Translations under genes and position numbers: made by a program | The notes under the pieces: generated by a model | What the model was told of the DNA's origin: nothing | Seen by the model: only the letters and a program-made list of their open reading frames with translations | Database searches by the model: none | Part shown: piece after piece, positions 55,132-64,000 of the stretch | Position numbering within the stretch: position 1 is the first letter of the stretch | Layout: each line of letters starts with the position of its first letter | Source: Octopus sinensis | Taxonomy: Eukaryota | NCBI RefSeq assembly: GCF_006345805.1 | Contig: NC_043009.1 | Coordinates: 62,248,001 to 62,312,000, forward strand | Reading direction: 5' to 3' | Length of the DNA stretch: 64,000 nucleotides

Positions 55132-55482
55132 TATGTATGTATGTATTATGTATGTATGTATGTATGTATGTATGTGCATACGTGTTGTGATGTGTGTACT
55201 GAAATGGCTGTACGCAGTTCTTACATCATAGACGTGACTAGTGTAACACGAGCACGTGGCAGTGATTCTTGTTAATTGGAATCGGGTGAAAAATCGTTAA
55301 TAACTGTCTGCTTAAACTGCTTTCTTGACACTTAATAGTCGTCCATCTTTGTTGTCTTCGAAAAATATCCAGACGTTTGGCATTAGACATATGTGATGTC
55401 TTTTCGATGCACCACAATGTATCAATATGTCCTATGCTGTCTCGGACAAAATACACACTTGGAGAGACAATGAAGTAGCAAA

Positions 55483-55574
<92 letters not shown>

Positions 55575-57645
55575 GGCGGTGCCCCAGCATGGCCACAGCT
55601 CATGAGCTGAAACTGGAAAAATCAAAATCAAAATCATATATATATATATATATATACATATACTTGTTCCACGTCCTCGCGTTGTTCTGTTTTCTCTTTG
55701 TATTTTCATGTCTGGATTAACTATATATGTGTGTATATATATATATATATGCACACACACACATCACTACATCATTTCTACTGTAAATAATGTAAAATAA
55801 TGTATAAAGTCCGTGATGCTCTTGCGGAATGTCTATGCGCCTAAGAAAATGACGACGTGCATATGTTATGGAACTTCGAATACAGACACACCGTCAGATT
55901 AACACAGGATAAGTCTGTAATGATTTTCAATAACGAAGATAGTAATGGTGCACAAATTATCGATAAACAATACCAAATGATTACAAAGTCTTGCAGAAGC
56001 AAAGTGAAGAGCTCAGGAATTTAAGCGACGTAGCTGTTGGATTACAAAATCTGATAGCAGCAAAGCAATATGTCTGTCACGACATATATATATATTTGGT
56101 TAAACTGGAGTGTCTACTTCTGTGGTAAGGACATTAATAAATACGTTCCGGGTTCAGTCCCACTGCATGGCATTTTTGGCAAATGTCTTCAACTATAGCC
56201 ACGGGCCGACCAAAGCCCCTCATCTATGTGTGCTCGTGAGGGAGTGCATGTGTCTTTGTGTCTGTGTTTATTGCACCCTCCCACCGCTTGACAACCGGTG
56301 CTGGTGTGTTTACGTCCCCATGACTTGGCGGCTCAATAAAATAAGTACCAAGCTTAACAAAAAATATCTACTGGGTTCGATTCATTCGACTAAAAATTCT
56401 CCAAGGCGGTGCCCCAGCATGACCGCAATCTAATGAGTGAAACAAGCAAAAGATGAAAAGTTGATGGCAAATATAAAGACACATTCCGGAGAATAGGGGT
56501 TCGACAGTATTTTGTCATTTGTCTGTTAGCGTTGAGTATCTCTGTCAACGAAAGAATCTCCATGTGGTCGTTTCACCTGCTAAAAATGGCGACAAAATCT
56601 CTTTCAAATTACACTCTACCATCTAAAAGAAAGAAAAAAAAAATCCGGAATCATATGAAGGCTAATCCTTTCTGCTATAGGGATAAGGTATGAAGTTTTG
56701 TGGGAGGGGACTACTCGAATTCATTGACCCCGGGGTCCATCCGAAAGGATGAAAGGCAAAGTCGACCTCGACGGAATTTGAACTCGGAACGTTTAGACGG
56801 ATGAAATGCTGCTAAGCATTTTACACAAAAATAAGATTAGATGGTCATGACTGGAACTCATCGGGTACTTATGTTATCTACTTTGATGAAAGGCAAAAGT
56901 CGACCTCGGCAGAATTTGAACTCTGGATGTGAAGACGGAAGAAATGCTGCAAGATTTTTGTCTGGTGTGTTACCGATTCTGCCAGCTCACAGCTTTCACT
57001 GCTTTAATAATGAAGATAATACTGGTTTCAAATTTTGGCACAAGGCCAGCAATTTTGGATGCTGGGATAAGTCAACTGCATCGACCCCTTTCCTCAACTG
57101 GTACTTATTTTATCGACCCCGAATGGACGAAAAGCAAAAATCGACCTCCGCGGAATTTGAACTCAAAACGTAACGATTGGACGAAATGCTGCTAAGCATT
57201 TTTCCCGGCGTAGTAACAATTCTGCCAGTCTGGTACCCATTGGGATAACATCTCTAGGAGAGGACTCTTAAATAGTAGAAGACTCTTAAATGTGAGAGAA
57301 TCAATTTCAGACGATACTTATTAATGATACCAAGCCCTTCCCAATCAACAGTGACCTGTCACGTGCCACTGTCGACTGTGATCGTACAAAATGCGATAAA
57401 TCGATTATCACAATAGAAACGAAATTCTCGCCAGAATTTGAATTACTTTTCGAACATCTGAAATCTAAATGAAGACCAATAAAATATGCCCAGACATACA
57501 ACTGGCGCATTGTGCAACCAATGTATAGATATATATGATATTCGTGTCTATCAAAGGTATTTCGTATATATATATATAATATATATATATATATACACGC
57601 ACACATACGTACGTACATACATATACAAGAATACGTATATATATA

Positions 57646-57719
<74 letters not shown>

Positions 57720-57807
57720 ATATATATATACATACGCATTCTTGTATATTTATGTATGTATATATACACACACACGCATACGTACACACACATACATACA
57801 CACACAT

Positions 57808-57871
<64 letters not shown>

Positions 57872-58925
57872 CTTTCTTTATTGGCCATACAGGGCTGAAC
57901 ACAGAGGGGACAAATACAAGTATAGAGCTTTTCTTTCCGAAAATGAAAGACATAAAAGGGAAAAAATAAGAGAAAAAAGTAAAATTCCGATCAAAAGGGA
58001 TCGAAAACAAAAAGACAACCAAAAGGGATCGTGTATCACAGAGGAATTTAAAAAAATGTAAAAAGCAAGTTTAGGTTTATCCGTGGAAAGAAAAGCCTAC
58101 GGAAAAGACCGCGGTAACCTCAGGCAGGGAGGGAATAAATACGTGAGAGCAAAGTGTTCTCTCTCTCTCTTTTTCGATTTACAGGATCATGCTCAAAGGG
58201 GTTTCGTTACTCGCACGCACCATCTTTGCTACATTCACCCACCTTTTTTATTTTGAAAATTTCACGAGACAAACCCTTCCTCTCCATTCGAGCTTCCTTT
58301 AGACGCTTGGTCAAAAGGGATTTTACAACGTTAGCCAGCCAAATTTGAGAAATGAAAGAACGCTAAAACCGACTACAACATCAAATAAAGTATTTTTGGA
58401 AGATCAAAGTCAGACTGAAAAAATGTATTTTTTTAATAGCTGGAAGAACAACATCCTGTACAAATCAAAGAACTCGACGAGATATTTAAATGATAGAAAA
58501 GAAATATCCACAATGTGTCCTTATGCAAATAAATTCATCCTGTCTACTAATGATGCTCATCACATATACTGATAGTTCTGTTTCTAAAGTTATGAAATAA
58601 TATTGCTTTATTGACGATGGTCCGGTGAAAAATATGAATAAATGGTTTCAACGAATGCATACTTAGACGATTGTCATGCGAAGACTTACAGCAATAAATG
58701 TTAAATTTCAGAATAAGGTCTGGAATTGCGCATGTCTGTTTGGCTTTCTGGAAGAAGTACGTTGTCTAAAGGCAAAATTTGATGATTTAAAAGGCATGAA
58801 TAATAATTAAAATGTTTCTGTATTTAGGGAGTGTACCTACATACACACACAATGTGACCGCGTGTGTACCGTTGGCGATCTTTTTTCCTCTTTCTTCCCT
58901 TCTCTGGATCTTTCCTTCTTCTATT

Positions 58926-58959
58926 TTTCCGACGAAGAGCTCCGCTCGAAACGTTAAAC
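58926..58959 (+). ncRNA. Minimal type I hammerhead motif with a U4C core change
   Basis: TTT CCGACGA A GAGC-tcc-GCTC GAA ACGT T AAA; same element family as 26459-26494. Confidence 0.55.
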
Positions 58960-59059
58960 TCCTTCTTTCCTTCTTTCCTGAGCGTCCAATAATACTTTAT
59001 TTGTTCCACGTCCTCGCGTTGTTGTGTTTTTTTTGTGTTTTCTTGTTTGGATTAACTTT

Positions 59060-62000
59060 ACATACACACACACATACATACATACATACATACATGCATA
59101 CATACATGCATACATACATACATACATACATACATACATACATACATACGTACATACATACATACATACATACATACATACATACATACATGCACACATA
59201 CATACATACATACATACATACATACATACATACATGCATACATACATACATACATACATACATACATACATACATACATGCATACATACATACATACATA
59301 CATACATGCATACATACATACATACATACATACATGCATACATACATACATACATGCATACATACATACATACATACATGCATACATACATACATACATA
59401 CATACATACATACATACATACATACATACATACATACATGCATACATACATACATACATGCATACATACATACATACATACATACATACATGCATACATA
59501 CATACATACATACATACATGCATACATACATACATACATACATGCATACATACATGCACACATACATGCATGCATACATACATACATACATACATACAAC
59601 ATACATACATACATGCATGCATACATACATACATACATCCTACATACATACATACATACTACATGCATACATACATACACTACATACATACATACATGCA
59701 TACATACATACATACATACATACATACATACATACATACATACATACATACATACATACATACATACATACATACATGCATACATACATACATGCATGCA
59801 TACATACATACATACATACATACATACATGCATACATACATACATACATACATACATACATGCATACATACATACATACATGCATACATACATACATACA
59901 TACATACATGCATACATACATACATACATACATGCATACATACATACATACATACATACAGCATACATACATACATACATACATACATACATACATACAT
60001 ACATACATACATGCATACATACATACATACATGCATACATACATACATACATACATACATGCATACATACATACATACATACATACATACATGCATAATA
60101 ACATACATACATACATACATACATACATGCATACATACATACAACATGCATACATACATACATACATACATACGACATGCATACATACATACATACATAC
60201 ATACATACATACATGCATACATACATACATACATACATACATACATACATACATACATACATGCATACATACATACATACATGCATACATACATACATAC
60301 ATACATACATACATGCATACATACATACATACATACATACATCACATGCATACATAATACATACATACATACATACATACATACATACCTACATACATAC
60401 GTACATACATACATACATACATACATACATACATACATACATGCACACATACTACATACATACATACATACATACATACATACATGCATACATACATACA
60501 TACATACATACTACATACATACATACATGCATACATACATACATACATACATACATGCATACATACATACATACATACATACATGCATACATACATACAT
60601 ACATGCATACCTACATACATACATACATGCATACATACATACATACATACATACATACATACATACATACATACATACATACATACATGCATACATACAT
60701 ACATACATGCATACTACATACATACATATGATACATACATACATGCATACATACATACATACATACATACATGCATACATACATACATACATACATGCTA
60801 CATACATGCACACATACATGCATGCATACATACATACATACAACATACATACATACATACATACATGCATGCATACATACATACATAACATACATCATAC
60901 ATACATACATACATACATGCATACATACATACATACATACATACATACATACATGCATACATACATACATACATACATACATACATACATGCATACATAC
61001 ATACATACATACATACATACATACATACATACATACATGCATACATACATACATGCATGCATACATACATACATACATACATACATACATGCATACATAC
61101 ATACATACATACATACATACATGCATACATACATACATACATGCATACATACATACATACATACATACATGCATACATACATACATACATACATGCATAC
61201 ATACATACTACATACATGCATACATACATACATACATACATACCGCATACATACATACATACATACATGCATACATACATACATACATGCATACATACAT
61301 ACATACATACATACATGCATACATACATACATACATACATACATACATGCATACCATACATACATACATACATACATACATCATGCATACATACATACAT
61401 ACATGCATACATACATCATAACATACATACATACATGCATACATACATACATACATACATACATACATACATGCATACATACATACATACATACATACAT
61501 ACATACATACAATACATACATGCATACATACATACATACATGCATACATACATACATACATACATACATACATGCATACATACATACATACATAATACAT
61601 ACATCATACCTACATACATACATACATACATACATACAACATGCATACATACATACATACATACATACATACATACATACATACATACATACATGCATGC
61701 ATACATACATCATCATACATACATACATGCATACATACATACATACTACATACATACATACATGCATACATACATACATACATACATACATACATACATA
61801 CATACAGCATACTACATACATACACATACATACATACATACATACATACATACATACATGCATACATACATACTACATGCATACATACATACATACATAC
61901 ATACATGCATACATACATACATACATACTACATACATACATACATACATACATACATGCATACATACATACATACATACATACATGCATACATACATGCA

Positions 62001-62100
62001 CACATACATGCATGCATACATACATACATACATACATACATGCATACATACATGCACACATACATACATACATACATACATACATGCACACGTACATACA
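59060..62100. repeat. Approximately 3-kb (TACA)n array with TGCA interruptions
   Basis: Direct inspection; explains the 1050-aa and other HTYI/YVCM ORFs. Confidence 0.97.
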
Positions 62101-63832
62101 TACACGCGCGCGCACACACACCTATGTGTGGAGGCGCAATGGCCCAGTGGTTTGGGCAGCGGACTTGCGGTCGTAGGATCGCGGTTTCGATTCCCAAACC
62201 GGGCGTTGTGGGTGTTTATTGAGCAAAAACACCTAAAGCTCCACGAGACTCCGGCAGGGAGTGGTGGCGACCCCTGTTGTACTCTTTTGCCGCAACTTTC
62301 TTTCACTCTTTCTTCCTGTTTCTTGTCCCCGACTTCCTACGCAACCGCTGAGCCTGGATGCGCATCATTCATCCGTCGATGCCCTCGGTGTCGGGGGTTG
62401 ACCTGCTTTTTCTCTTCGGCGGGTCTTACGAATAGCAAAGGATCACGTTTCGGACTTCTCCCACTAATGGGACGAAGACCGCTTAACTCAACAAACAAAC
62501 AAACAAACAAACACGAACAACAAATACAAAAACGACACTAACAACGTCGATGACAATGACATCAACAACAGCACGATCAACAACATTATCAACGACGACA
62601 ACAAAAGTTGTCTTATAATGTTAATTTTCTCCATCAGATTTTAGAAAATGGCTGACAAAGAAGACGGTTGTAAAGCAAGCGTTATTAACTTACATAAACA
62701 GCCTCACGTGATCTTAATTTCTTGATTTCAATCTGAAACAGGAAATTATTAATGTTATGGAACTGATTAAACCAGAGATGGTTGAGTTAGATTTAACAAC
62801 AACATTGGAGAGAAAATCTGGAATACGTTATTTTCATGTCAAAGAACTGCGGTCTATTTTTCTTCTTTTTTTTTTCTCTTTTACATCGAAGGAGGCATGT
62901 TGGTATGTTTGTTGCTTAGCGACAAAAATCGGCTCTGATCGAGAATCCTATGAACAACAGCGTTCTAATCATGACCACCTAGTCTTATTTTTTTGTGTAG
63001 AATATATATGACGACATTATCCCTAATATCATTAAGGCGGAGAATTGAGGGAGCTGTTAGCAAGTCGGACAAAAGCTTAGCGGCATTTCGTCCGTCTTAA
63101 CGTTCCGAGTTCAAATTCCGTCGAGGTCGACTTTGCTTTTCATCCTTTCGGGGTTGATGAAATAAGTATCAGTAGAATACCGGGGTTAATGAAGTCAAGT
63201 AGTCCCCTCCCACGAAACTTCATCTCTTATGCCTATAGCAGAAAGCATTAGCCTTCATATGATTCCGGAATTTTTTCTTTCTTTTAGATGGTAGAGTGTA
63301 ATTTTAAAGAGATTTTGTCGCCATTTTTAGCAGGTGAAACGACCACGTGGAGGTTCCTTCGTTAACAGTTGTCCACTACAGATGAATCATTGTGACTCGG
63401 ATTGGTGGAGTGATAGTCTATCACTTATTTACATCTACCAGAGATGTTAAAGAGTCTAGCTATAAAAGAGAGAAACAGTTGCTAAATCTTCTTCAAATTA
63501 CACCCTAAAAAATCGGCTTATGGACTGTAAGTCTGAAAATAAGACTGAATGGTTATGAATAGAATTCCCCACAAAAACATAAACCTGATCAATCAAATTT
63601 AACTTAAGGTTTAACACAGGCGTCGGTAGATGGCGTGCAAATGAGTAATCTTGCGACAGACTGGCGACCCTTTCGAGAGGAGTGTTATCTTGTTGATCAT
63701 TTATATGCCATAGAAATCGTGATTGTAAGGAGCAGGGGTTGATAAAAATGATGTTATGTGTAATATACTGTCATACTCTCTCTCTCTTTCTCTCTCTCAC
63801 TCACTGACTGTCACACACATACACACACACCA

Positions 63833-63880
<48 letters not shown>

Positions 63881-64000
63881 TGTGTGTATGTGTGTGTGTG
63901 TGTTGTATGTGTGTGTGTGGGGTGGTGTGTGTAATATAGATAGATAGATAGATAGAGAGATAGAGAGAGAGGGGGGAGAGAGTGAGAGTGGTGTGTGTGT

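Noticed and set aside
58812-62541. Very long ORFs (up to 1050 aa) of HTYI/YVCM repeats, and similar ORFs at 13465-14223, 27095-28059, 47810-49780 and 54470-55275
   Set aside because: Stop-free translations of tetranucleotide and dinucleotide microsatellites; open in several frames on both strands.

Overview
Repeat-saturated, AT-rich eukaryotic DNA. Microsatellite density and SINE families look like an octopus/cephalopod genome (recognised by eye, not searched). Almost all ORFs in the track are microsatellite artefacts. One host gene is well supported: a minus-strand small heat-shock protein (alpha-crystallin domain) with two in-phase exons (22383-22559 and 19814-20047); its 5' end is unresolved. 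The rest is transposon debris: Tc1, mariner, maT-like and Chapaev-like DNA transposons, a Helitron-like element, CR1/L2 and RTE LINE remnants, Penelope-like GIY-YIG elements and several tRNA-derived SINE families. The most notable unannotated signal is about nine type I hammerhead ribozyme motifs in several element families. They include a tRNA-headed element carrying two inverted hammerheads inside an 11-bp target-site duplication.
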